DNA of 61,025 nt, counting the filler, from Bipalium vagum (lineage: Eukaryota), in NCBI GenBank assembly GCA_037834085.1. It is 3 parts of 3 records of this genome, joined end to end, with 100 filler letters (N's around TTAATTAATTAA, not from the genome) between each part and the next. Parts side by side here need not be neighbours in the genome. Positions count along the whole stretch, not along the records: positions 25,524 to 44,916 come from JBBMKC010271169.1; 2 more parts are not named here. One strand, 5' to 3'. Made by a program: the position numbers and the translations under genes. Under the pieces are notes generated by a model. The model was given only the letters and a program-made list of their open reading frames with translations. It was not told where the DNA came from and did not search any database. Numbering within the stretch: the stretch's first letter is position 1; every line of letters begins with the position of its first letter. Shown here one piece after another: positions 25,424 to 37,459 of the stretch.

Positions 25424-25523
25424 NNNNNNNNNNNNNNNNNNNNNNNNNNNNNNNNNNNNNNNNNNNNTTAATTAATTAANNNNNNNNNNNNNNNNNNNNN
25501 NNNNNNNNNNNNNNNNNNNNNNN
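25424..25523. other. Assembly gap with artificial spacer (44N-TTAATTAATTAA-44N)
   Basis: Exactly 100 nt. The central 12-mer has stops in all six frames and is identical to the spacer at 44917-45016. Confidence 0.97.
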
Positions 25524-26303
25524 GTCTTATTACAAAATCAATGTAAAATAAATAAACCCGAATATTCTGAGCCTTAACTAAACATCTCTGGAAATTCTTG
25601 CAATGATAAATAATAATAATAAAATAATAGTAATAATTTGATTTCAAATAGCAGCTCGGTCGTGAATATTTCTGAAAAATCTCTGTTCATGAAAGCTGTA
25701 TTGGTTAATGTTTTAAAAACCAGTTGGATTAATATTGGAATTCATTTACAAAAATCAATACTGTCTCAACACTCCCTAGGTGTTTATAATAAAATCAATA
25801 ACATTTTTTGAATATTGTTTAGAACAATGAATAAATGTTAAATAAAATCAGTCAATACAGAGATATACTTTGCCCATAAATTAAAATCAATGTTACATTT
25901 TTAGTACATAGAATTTAATTTTTTAAAAGTTTTATTCCCTTAATAATTAGGTTTTGATATAATATAGGCAACAATTGTTATTTTTTATCAAATTATTATT
26001 ATTAAAAAGAAAATATTTAGGTGAATTAAAAATATTTTATAGAAAGTTAACATGTTTTTTTTTGTTATAAACAGATTCCGGAAAATTTATTTTAAATAAT
26101 ATAATAAAAATGTTTTCACTTTTCAGAAATGCAATATATATTGATATTGTCGATTGTTCAAATTATTTTTTATCATTTATATTGTCAGGCAGTCCATGTA
26201 ATAAAATATTACGAATGTTGTCACAATAAATCTACATTTTTGCACTGACGATATTATATTAATTAGAAACATTATTCATTGGAAAAATAAAAATTATTAT
26301 TAC

Positions 26304-26839
26304 CTGTTTTATATGTTTGACCAATAAATTAAATTCGCAAGGTGGTGGAAGACTGATATCGCTGTCAATATTATTTTGTGGAACCATTTTGGAATTTCCT
26401 TGCTTCAGTAACTAAACCGTTTTCAATCAATGATCAGGTCACAAAAGTTTAGAAAAGAAACTTGTCTAAGATCAAGGTCGAAAAAGTAAACATCTGATGG
26501 CATTTTAAAATTTTTTCTGACTGACAAAAAGCTAGATGGAATGCCAAAAATAAAAGGAGAGGGAGCAGTAAAAAGCTGGATAATAAATTATATTAAAATA
26601 AATAGAAATTCAGTGAAAAACTTGTTCGGCACTTGGCATGTGCGTTGGTAATAGAGTACTTATTGGAAACATATATTCTAAGGGATAGAGAAGAGCTTTC
26701 AATGCAAGTATGGATGTTGAGAGAACATTATAATTTTTAGATTGAAGGATAACCTGGAAAAGTAATTTATTTTTATTAAAAAATTATTATTCATCTTTAT
26801 AATTAAATTACAATTATTATTATTATAATTATAATTATA

Positions 26840-26904
<65 letters not shown>

Positions 26905-29900
26905 TTAATTTATATTAAAATCTAAGATACTTTAAAAATCTTAAATCGCTTACAGTAAACCTTTTAACATTATATGCAAACTAGAACCTTTCACAATGAA
27001 TAGAATATTTTTCATATTATCAATGCAATTTAAGTAATGCTATCATCAATACTAATTAAGCATAATGGCTTTATAGTATTAATGTGATTTTTGTTTGTTA
27101 AATAGTACAATTTTTTTTAATTAAAATATTAAAAAAATAAATTTGGGTTAAAATTATTGTGATTATTCTTTATTTTTAAAATAATATTTTAAGTAATCAG
27201 AGAACACACTGACAATTCATTAGTTTTTACTTTTTTCTATTTAATATTAATACCTGGTTGCTGTTCTTTCATTAATAATGACTCATATCTTTCGTGAATC
27301 ATTATTATCGAAATTGTCATAATTACTTATAATCCTTCTGTGTTACCTTTACGTTTTTCCACAACACATTCTTTGACTGGTCTAAGATTTTACTTGTTCT
27401 GCTAATTGCGAATGCTTGCTAATACATACCTTGAGATGATGCTGTCTCCCCCATGTATAGACATTACAGCCAGAAGATTTAAGTTGATAGACAATATTAA
27501 CTTGCAACATTAAAGGGGTTGGTGTTTTAATTTTTAAATAGCTCTTTGTTTTCGCTGTAATTAATTTTTAAATATTCACTTTCTACAGCTTTTCTACTAC
27601 ATTCTTGAAGTCCGTAAACCATATTGAAAATGATATTTTTCGTACCTTCTTGTACTCATCTTATAATTTCTTTTGAATTTGAATTGCTTTTCTTCACATT
27701 TTTTATTTATTAATTTGATGATTTTTTATTTATGATCTTTCTATTTGGATAAACGTTTCTAGTAACCTTTCTTTAATAATATTCAGTTCTTTATCTATTT
27801 CTTTATAGTCTTTTTAGGCGTGAGTTCCTTATTTTTAAAAAATTCAAGAAAACTAATTGTTCGAACCACTCCTTATATATTGTAATTAATATTTTATTAC
27901 TTCATCAAATTATTCTTAATCCCTGAGTTTTCAAAAAGTTAAAGATAATCATCATACTCAAGTTTTTTATTATTAAAATTCAATCAGTATGAAAAACCTG
28001 ATTTATTATTATTATCGATCGATCAAAAACATAAAATACTAAGCCCTTTTGTAGTCCATATTTACAGACATAATTTATCTAATCGAGCCGAGAGATTAAA
28101 TTTCAATTGAAAATTCAATTTTAATAATTAAAATATTTAACAAACTTTATTCTCCAAAAGCACAGCAATGAATAACTTGAGAGAAAACTCAACGCCGATA
28201 AGTTCAAAGATGGTATGGAGAGGAAAGTCTACCAGAGGAAATCGATCACTGTCCGGCAGAGCAAATATTATTGGCTTCATTACGGTTTCTGGCAACAGAC
28301 TAAGCTGTAATATTAAAGTAAAATCTTTTTTCAGAATTTGAAAAATTGATATTAATGATTTAAACATTTGGTAAAAGACACGACCTTTTGAAACCTCCGA
28401 ATTAGACTCCATTTAAATAATAATAAAAAATCTAAATTTTTATCTAAATAACCGTTTTCAACGTATGTAATCAATAATGTATTTTTGTATGTTGGTTAAG
28501 AATTTGTTTAATTATTATCATCTTTTGTCTTAAAGGAAACGGAAAGGTCATTGTGTACAAAGCGTGAATAATTTATGGATAAAATTATTAATAATTACAC
28601 AATTATTACATAACAAAAAAAACATTCAAAGATTAAAAATTTTGGAAAAAATCGATCCTTTGGTGAAACACGAATCAAACTCTTCTAAATTCAATTTATA
28701 AAGTAAAAGAAAACATTTCCTGTTTCATACCAAAATATTGCAATAAAACCGATTTATTTTTAATGTTTGTTGGTGAGAACTTCATGGATTGATTGTTTCA
28801 TAATCAAAGTTATATAACATTTCTTCAGTGACATGAAGATAGAGTAAACGTTAGTTTACTCTGTTGAAATTTTTCCAGAATTTCATAAAACATTTTTGGA
28901 TTTAGCAACATTAACGATTTCAGCAAAATTCAGAAAGCTGTGAAGAATGAGAGCGGTAAAAATCACTAAGCCGGTAATCATAATCTTCTTAGGGAGCAAT
29001 ACTGATCTTGGAAATTATAGAAAAAATTCATCAAGATACAACCATTGAGCAAATTTCCGCCGCTGGTCGTACGCTAAAAACGATCATGAAATGAATTGTT
29101 TCTGTTATGAAGATGTCTGGAGCATTTCTTTAAACTCGTTCCATTTTTTTGTGGAACAACTTACTCGGTTTTTAAATTTTTTTTCAACTTTAGAAATGTA
29201 ATATTTATGATTCACATTGATGTTTTTGAAACTTCAATATGGTTTTCCTTCGAAATGTTCGATAATTATAATCAACTGAGAATCATCAATTTCTGATGGA
29301 CTTTCATGACATTCTTCATCTTCCAATATGATATTACTGATAACAGAATTTTGAAACCATCCACTACTGGATGTCGTTTCTTGTCGGATTACAGAATGGC
29401 GATAATGTTCCAATTCATGTAACATTAAACGATTTTTGGGTTTTCGAAAGCATTTCTAAAATTGTTTACAAATTAGCGCATTTAAACAAATAACTATAAG
29501 ATTATTATACCGAAAATTTGTTTTAAATTTATATGTATTTCAATATATTATTTAATCTGAAAGGACTTCTACAGAAACACAATAAATTAATAAGTTTAGA
29601 AATAGCAACTATTTCTGAAGCATTATTTTTTTCATTGAACCATAATCATTTCAGAATTACGAAAAATTTTACAAAAAATTCACAACCTACCTCAATTTTT
29701 GTAATACCCGCAACAGGAACTGGGGAACTCAGTAGCCTAAAAATCCATGTTTCTATCTCCATAACATCATGATGTATTATACTGTTTGTATTTTCAACAC
29801 CTGATCCCAGTAGGGTTGGCCAAATAGAATCTCTAAACAAATTTAAAAATCAAAACTTAGACGTTAATCAATAACTTTCGATTAAACAAATATTACTACA

Positions 29901-32900
29901 ACAGACAGTATCTAAGAAGCATATATACCTATTTGCAATAAAAAAATCACTTCTTATTATTTTAATGACCCATATCGGAATTATAGCCTCTGGTGTTAAA
30001 TCAATCTAATATAACCAGATTTAATTTATTCTAATTTAACCTAATTTAACCTAATTTAATTTATCCACATTTTCGTATGTGTATTATTTGAAAAGATAAG
30101 CGAGTAATAATGAATGAAAAGTACTCATATTACATTTAGCAATATGAGTGGAATAAGAAAATTCAAATTTTATCCAACTATCGGACTTTGAAAGAGGCCA
30201 AACGGTAGGACTTCATGAAGGTGGAATAAGTTTTAGAGAAATTATCAGATGTTAAGAAAGAAATCATTCAGCTATTTATTGGCATATAATGCGTTTTATC
30301 ATGAAGGCTTCATCATCGTAGCAGTGGATTCGATAACATCAACGCAATAAAGAACGTGAAGATAGACACCTTCATCTCCCTTGCTGTTAGAAACAAAATT
30401 GTTAGACAAAATTGGCATAAATCGGAAAGTAATTTCAGAAAAAGTTTCCCTCAGCAGTGCATATTGAAGATTTTGTATTATTGATCAGTTATCATACCAT
30501 TCAAAGCGTTGTTTACTATTGACATCTCACCATAAAGCCGCAAAACTTAGTTGATGTAAGGAAAGACAATAAATAAATAAATCTTCTAACTAATATGATG
30601 CGAAGACTCCAAGACTGTGTGGTAAGGTTCTATAACATGACCTACTATTGATATATCTATATGATCTCCATATATATTTATTTAATTCATGCATTTGATA
30701 AAATAGATTTGATTTGATTTTTTTCAGTTTATTCTTTTAGCGGTGTGTTTTCATTGAAAATGAGTGATATTTAATATTATCCTAAATAAATTCTTTTCTT
30801 AATACTTTCATTAATATTTAACCATTATATGATTTTAATTAAAATTATGTAATTATAATTGTCCTTTATACAACTTTACAATTCTTACAACCACTTCATA
30901 ATTTTAAATGAAATTAAGTTTATACCTGTTTCACATCAAAATTTTAAAAACAATATATATTTTCTTTATTAGCGTTAATAATAGTTTTAGATGGAAAATG
31001 TATGGGTACAGATAACACATTGTTTTTACAAGACGACTAAACAGATTAAATACCTTTACCAAATACAAATATGGCGTTATCCGAGAAATATATAAGAAAA
31101 GTGACGTCATTAATCTTTTTTTTAAAAATATTTAATTATAAAATATAATTTTTAGAGAAACTGAATAAAAGATTTTTTAAATTATGTATTTCATTTTTCT
31201 CATTTTAAAATTGCATATATAGAGATTTTAGGAAGATAGATTCGTTAGATAAATAATTCTAACAATTTATTGTAAAAATTGCCAAAATTTGAAAGAAAAA
31301 TTTTTCAAAAAAAATTATATTATAAAGTTTAGTTTATGAAATATGAGATTTCGGTTATAATTTAATTAATAATGCAGGATATGAGTTTTCAATGACAATA
31401 CTGTATAAAGTTGACATATTTGAGACCAAGAGAGTCTGTTTATGAATATATAATGATAGTGAGTTATTATATAATATCTTAATAATAAATCAAACAAAAC
31501 CTGGTGGCTAAATAATGATATATTTAGTTTTTATGTGTTGATTGAAAGTTTTGTTTATTAAATAAAAATTGAAAACTAAATGAAACTTGATAGAAATGAA
31601 TAATTTAAAAAGATTTAGAACTGAAAAAAACTCATACAATTCTTATTCTAGCAAAATTGTAATGTCTTATTTTTATAAATAAATTTCAAGATTAACTTAA
31701 AAATAAATAAATTATATTTAATATTAATCATTAAAATTTTATTAATTATGTGGTCCCAACACGTCGTGCATCGTAACATAATGTAAACATATGGGGTAAG
31801 ATGTTCAACCTTTCAGACTATGTGAACTTTCCTAACCTATCGGGGTTCGGAATCAATGATTGTAACTCGTTTTAAATAATTTATTAAATGATAAAGAAAT
31901 GCACAATATTTTAAAAGATTTAAATATATCACCAATTTTTTAAAACCTTTAAATCTTAATTATATATATAAAAATACTAAACCTTATTAATTTACTTAAC
32001 TTATTCTTTTCTTTTATTAAATTAATTTCTATAATAAATTCTATAATAAATCAGAACATTAAATTAACTTCCAAAATAGTTTTAAAGTTTATAAACATTC
32101 ATTAATTAAAAAAAACTTCATTATAAAGGTAAATATGATTTTAAAATTAAAAATCCCCGTGGTCTGATCAGTCTCTTTATGAAAAATAATACTGTTTATT
32201 CCAATTTCGTAATTTATCAACGATATTTCCGATTAATAAATTTCTTCAAAACACAATTTACTTACACTACATTCAACTACATCAAAACTTGAAATTTGTG
32301 GTACATTGTTTTTAAGACAATCGATTAATTAAAACAAATGATATATTATTTAGTTACACATTGTTAAATTGTAGAAATTTTATTATGTGAAGATCTGAAA
32401 CTTGATTTCCATTTCATTTATTTCATGTATCACAGAATAAGTATTTTTAAATCATATTTTAAAAAATTAATATTTAAAGGTTACAATTAATAAAAATGAG
32501 AAAAAAAATAGTCATTTTATTTTATTATTAGGTCTTTCCGAAAGTCACTTCGCTTTTTTATAACTATCTTTAAATCTTAATTTTAAAACACCTCAGTCAT
32601 TTGAGGTTGAGATATTCAAATTGCCTGGTAGATGGCAGAAGGTCTTGGAACAAAAATAAAAAAATACATCATGGATTAAAACTTTTGGTTTTACTTTTTT
32701 ATAAAAAATGCGAAGTGACTTTCCGAACAAAACAATACTATATAAATTTTTGTTTACTGTTTTCTTTTTCCTTTTAATTCTAAAGTTATTGAATATGATA
32801 CTAGATACCGAAAATAATAATCACAATTATACCAATAGATGGTTTGTTTTATTGAAATGTTCAAGAATTGTTTTTTATATCAATCAGAATAGGATTAATG

Positions 32901-35368
32901 AATGATGACTGAAACAATTAATTAAAAATACATAAAAAGACAATACATTAAGACAAAATAATGCTCGATAGAAATATTTTTAAAATATTTATAAGTAGAA
33001 TGATGAACTCGTAAACTACTTGAACAGACTCGGAACACTGATTTCACATCAATTACATATTAACATAATTTTCATTGTGCACGGTATACATATGACAGTT
33101 TATTTTACAAAAATAATAATTATTAAAAAGAACTAAATTCAAGTTAATGATTTTGCGTAACTCTTTTATGGATAAATAATTTATTTTTTTAATACACATT
33201 ATTATCATCATGAATATTTTAAAATAATCCTTCTTTCATTAAGACTTAATTATTATTTTTGAATATTGATTTTCTGCGTTTCGCATTTAATGCACGGAAC
33301 GCGATTATTTGTAATCCGCTCAAGATTGAACTAAAAATATTCATTATCCGATATAATAATTATTTTTCTGTAAGTACTTTTATCAATTTTCAAAATTGAC
33401 CTTACCAAAACAATATTCTTCTCTATCTTTTTTCTACTTATTAAAAATATTTTTAAGTAAAATTGTTCCGAACACTTGACAGGATGTGAATTTATTTTAC
33501 TATTATTATTATTATTATCAATTTAAAAATAACCAATTGAGTAAAGGTTGTAATGAAAGTGATGAAAACTATATGTATAATAAAATAATTTTTCTTCAAC
33601 CTAATACAGCATATATTGTTATATAATAATAATATCACTGGTCGAACAATTAATCTTGAAAGAAAGCGCTTAAAAGCTGGAAATTCTCAACCCAGGTTTT
33701 TTCTAACAAATTCCTATTTCCAAAATCGATTATTACAGTATAATAATAATTTTTCTTCAATTCCAAATGCTGAATATTAAATACATGTCAAATCTTCAGA
33801 TCGTCAATATTTCTCTCATAAATCCGATCATTTTATTATTTAAAACATATTGAAATTTTTTTTTAATAAATTCCTCCTCATTTCATGTTTTATTAATAAT
33901 TCACGACATAATTATATTTTTATGAGATCCGAGCTCTTGAACGCTAATTTAATTACACGTGTCTGAAACCGATAATTATGCTTTCAAAATTACATTTCAT
34001 TAAAAAAGCATCATTGAACTGTTTTTTGTTATTTTTCATTCATTTTTTTCAAGAAATTTTTTTTTCTACTTGTTTATCAACATCGTTTAAAATTTCCCAG
34101 TCGTATCAAAACAGAATAAAAAAACTGAAACAGTTATTATTAATATTATCTTTTTGGAACTGTGTAATAATATATATTAACAAGAATTATTAATATATAA
34201 TTATTTTTATTTATAAAAAAATTAATTTAGAAGTTTAATTAAAAATATTAATTAATTGATGTTAGTTAGTTTTATTAAATAGAATATTTTTTAAATTTAT
34301 TTAATCTCTCAAGTTATATAAAAAATTCATGAAATTTAAATTCATAATTTTTCATGGGTATAGCAATTAAATTCAAAAATTGTAATTAACAATTTTATTT
34401 AAGATATAAGAATCAGTTTTAATTTAATAAAATTTTTTAATTTTATTTTTAAAATTTTAATTTAATAATTTTTCAAATTATCAATGAAAAATTGAACAAG
34501 TTTGTTATGAAGTTTGCAATAATAAATGTTTAATCATCCTTGTATTGAATATTTAATATAATAAATTCTTTTCTTATTCTTTAGTTCTAAATAAAAAAAT
34601 CAATAACTTAAGTTCAATTTTTCTTATTGATCAGAAATTATCAGAAAAACAATATATTTATTCAGGCTAAAAAATCACCTGATAAAGAATTAAAAAATCC
34701 GCCATGTGTTAATTAATTAAATAAATTAAGTATTGAAAATAAACAAATAAGAAAAGAAATAGAAATAAAACATTTATATTTAACTTTATAAAAGCTCACT
34801 TGCCATCAGTTCTTCGCTTTGTTCTTTCTTCGAATTTTTCAATAATTTCCCTTAAAACCGAGAGACACGTTTGAAAACCTTTGAAACACGGATGATGACT
34901 GACGAGCAATAGAGACGTTAAAGTATGGGTTCTTGGTCTTACTCTTTTAGTTTTACGACATCCTGAATCCTTCAAATAGTGAAATGTTGACATTTCTACA
35001 CTACTAGCACTTCCTAGTGGTTCATGAGATATTTTAGTGACTTTTACTGGACTTCGACGTTCTATCGGTCGTAAGAAATTCAAGCAAATTCCATACCTTA
35101 CTCGCCCAGTTTCTTTATCTGTAAGTGTAAAAACGAAGGTATTGCCTTCTTTAGCTGCACTTCGTGAAGAACAAGAATTAACACAGCCATCAGGTTGACA
35201 GAAATACACTACGTCATGAGGTAAAGCACCGTTTTTATGATCGTTATGAGGATAACGTCTTAATAATTCCGGAACAATGCTATTTTTGTGACCGCTTCTG
35301 TTCGGATTTCTCAAACCCACTATTGCCAAATAGTCGATTAAGCGTGGGCAAATACTTTCATTGGTCAT
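26304..35368 (-). CDS. MADD: MAP kinase-activating death domain protein / Rab3 GEF (AEX-3), N-terminal uDENN-cDENN part, 3'-partial (about 408 aa visible)
   Basis: Exons 35368-34800, 29832-29691, 28304-28146, 26753-26622, 26575-26462, 26411-26304, all GT-AG and in phase. Motifs: [115 protein letters not shown] 5'-UTR acceptor (TTTTAG) lies at 35406. Confidence 0.93.
26812..26903. repeat. (ATT)n microsatellite in a MADD intron
   Basis: Long ATT/TAT run with TAATTA variants. It produces the spurious poly-Asn ORF 26699-26905. Confidence 0.95.
27240..27870 (-). mobile_element. Penelope-like retroelement relic (RT thumb plus GIY-YIG endonuclease) in a MADD intron
   Basis: Minus-strand fragments [27 protein letters not shown], then [24 protein letters not shown] / YMGET / [10 protein letters not shown] ... 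YESLL..RE / QPGIN. This follows the PLE VY..C..C..YIGET..L..R..EH...E...I....P.LN pattern with several frameshifts. Confidence 0.7.
29060..29450 (-). mobile_element. Mariner N-terminal HTH relic
   Basis: [27 protein letters not shown] resembles the mariner WF..F..G..LEDEERSGRPSE.D.DQL motif. Confidence 0.6.
30143..30570 (+). mobile_element. Tc1-type transposase N-terminal relic
   Basis: [23 protein letters not shown]... followed by REDRHL (Tc1 HTH and 'REDR' motifs), with stops. Confidence 0.7.
32528..32735 (+). mobile_element. Short mariner derivative (MITE-like) with imperfect TIRs
   Basis: TTAGGTCTTTCCGAAAGTCACTTCGC ... GCGAAGTGACTTTCCGAACAAAACAA|TA. The internal [14 protein letters not shown] is a mariner C-terminus. 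Confidence 0.7.
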
Positions 35369-36191
35369 TTGAAAATAATAATCGTTTCATTTAATGATTT
35401 GAATCCTAAAAGTCATTAACAGTTAGAGAATTATGAAAATCAATAAATAAAAATTAAATCAGAAAAAATCAAACCAAAATCATATCAAAATGTGAAGAAT
35501 TACTTTAAAATATTTTATCATATATTTAAAATAATAGAACTATTTTATCAAACATCTAATAACAACTGAGCTAGTAAAACAATAACATGAAAAGATAATA
35601 TTAATGTATTTTAAAAATAACTTTAATATGGTTATTATCTTTTTACCGTTTAAATATTAATTTTTCATTGAATAAGATCTGATACAGAATTATCAGAAGA
35701 TAAATCAATAATTATCTTAGATATCAAATTAAATTCCCTTAAAATATTCATATCATAAGTTACAAGTATTAATTCAACATCCGACCAGATGTCATATAAC
35801 TTCAGTCTTAGAATTTGAATAAAAAATAAAATAGTCCTTAAAAACCAATAAGAAATGATATATATTAAAAGAAAACAAAAAATCACTAATAAGAGTTAAA
35901 TAGAAATATGACATGTTATTTGGAAGGTTAGTTTTTGGTACATATTATTTTCGTTTTGGACTATTTATTATATATTTGCAACCAACAATTCAATCTATAA
36001 AATTATTGTTTAATTGATAAATCAAATTGGTTATTATTATTGTTCCCATGATTATTAACAGTGATACTATTTTGTCTTTTATTAAGATATTGGACAGATG
36101 TCAATATTTTCATAATATTTGTATTTAAATTGTTACTATTATAACTTAACAAGTAACCTTCGCTCGTCTATAAAAAATTCTCACTTTAATG

Positions 36192-36971
36192 TGTCACGTT
36201 CTTAATTCTATTGTTGCTGCACAAAGGTACACTTGATTTGAATCAAAACCTCCACAATAATACTTTATCCGCACCCTATGAACTGAATCAAAATTTCCAT
36301 AATAAAACTTTATTGACAAAACACAATCACAATTAAATATACTGATCACCAAAAGTCACTCAGTAAATCACTATAATAAGTCCAAAAACTGAAAATAAAA
36401 ATAAATAATGATAAAAATAAACATAACTACTATTATAATGAAAGAGATGAAAGAAATGATCACAAAGAAGAGTTTTCGGAAAATAACAAAAATAAATAAA
36501 ACGATCTCACTAAGAGCGACAAGGGTGTCGCCCTCTAGGCCCTTCTCAGGTTGCCTAGGGGTTCCAAAACTCGATGGATACCCTTGTATTCGTTTGCATA
36601 ATCATAGCGTTGAGATAAAATTACTGTAAACTGAAATCGTCTTCGGCAAAAATATTCTTGATCGTCTTCGGTGAAAATATCCTCAATAGTCTTCGGCAAA
36701 AATAATATTCTTCATTGTCTTCGGCAAAAATATTCTTGACCGTAGTTTCTGGCAAATTTCTGGGAATAGCCTTCTCTTCATATAGTCATAGAGATTGTTC
36801 TAGGATCACCAATCCCTACGCTTAGAGACGGCTATTTTCCTTAATAGCTATTTATCAACTCTATCTCCACGTCGAGATCAATGCTAATGGAAACCTGTAG
36901 TCCACCCGAAAACGACTGTCAGAGAATCCATTAACCTAATATGTCAAAATCCTCACAGACAATTTTTGACA
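36192..36971 (-). mobile_element. Candidate LTR (3' LTR of the adjacent gypsy relic)
   Basis: TGTCA...TGACA termini. On the minus strand a TATA-like CTATATGAAG (about 36785) precedes 25-bp tandem repeats and AATAAA (about 36312). It lies 3' of the integrase relic in the same orientation. Boundaries are uncertain and no partner LTR is visible. Confidence 0.5.
36637..36740. repeat. Four-copy tandem repeat of about 25 bp (GTCTTCGGCAAAAATATTCTTGA core)
   Basis: Directly visible units: tcgtcttcggcaaaaatattcttga / tcgtcttcggtgaaaatatcctcaa / tagtcttcggcaaaaataatattcttca / ttgtcttcggcaaaaatattcttga. Confidence 0.9.
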
Positions 36972-37459
36972 TAAGGCTTTTAAAAAAATCTTTTTTTAAA
37001 GAAAATTTTATTTTTATTATTATTAATTAATAATATCATTATTAAGTATTACTTTTATAGTTATTATAATTATTATTATTAATTCAAAAACCCAACAAAA
37101 TGAATCAACAAAATAAAAGTATCAGAAAAATATAAATATAGAACCCACTTCCAACAACCTATAACAGTCGATCTCTAGGAAAGCAACAAGCTAGATCACA
37201 TCAGTTTAACTGCTACTCTATTCATTGAAAAAATTTCCAGAAGTTTAGTTATATTTAATCCTAAGGTCGAGCAAAACTAAATAAACATTTGAATTTTTTG
37301 ATAAACAATGTGTTCCATTTAAATCCGAACTCCACAAACACAATATTTGTATTTGTTCGTTAATGATAACATTGTAAAATGGGACTCAACAAGTTTGGGA
37401 ATCCCTAGGTGACCTGCAAGGGACCTAGAAGGTGACTCGGGGACCACTTATAACCTCTG

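Noticed and set aside
25468-25479. TTAATTAATTAA palindrome as a biological motif
   Set aside because: It is centred in N runs in both gaps, so it is an artificial six-frame-stop linker.
26699-26905. Poly-Asn protein ORF
   Set aside because: It is the translation of an intronic (ATT)n microsatellite. The real MADD exon 26753-26622 is in another frame.
26975-27030. Hammerhead ribozyme downstream of the Penelope relic (minus strand TTGATAA-TATGAA..TTCAT-TGT-GAAA)
   Set aside because: The core differs from CTGATGA at two positions and stems I/III are unconvincing. This is expected by chance in AT-rich DNA.
36637-36740. CRISPR-like array
   Set aside because: The repeats are head-to-tail without unique spacers, the context is eukaryotic and there are no cas genes.
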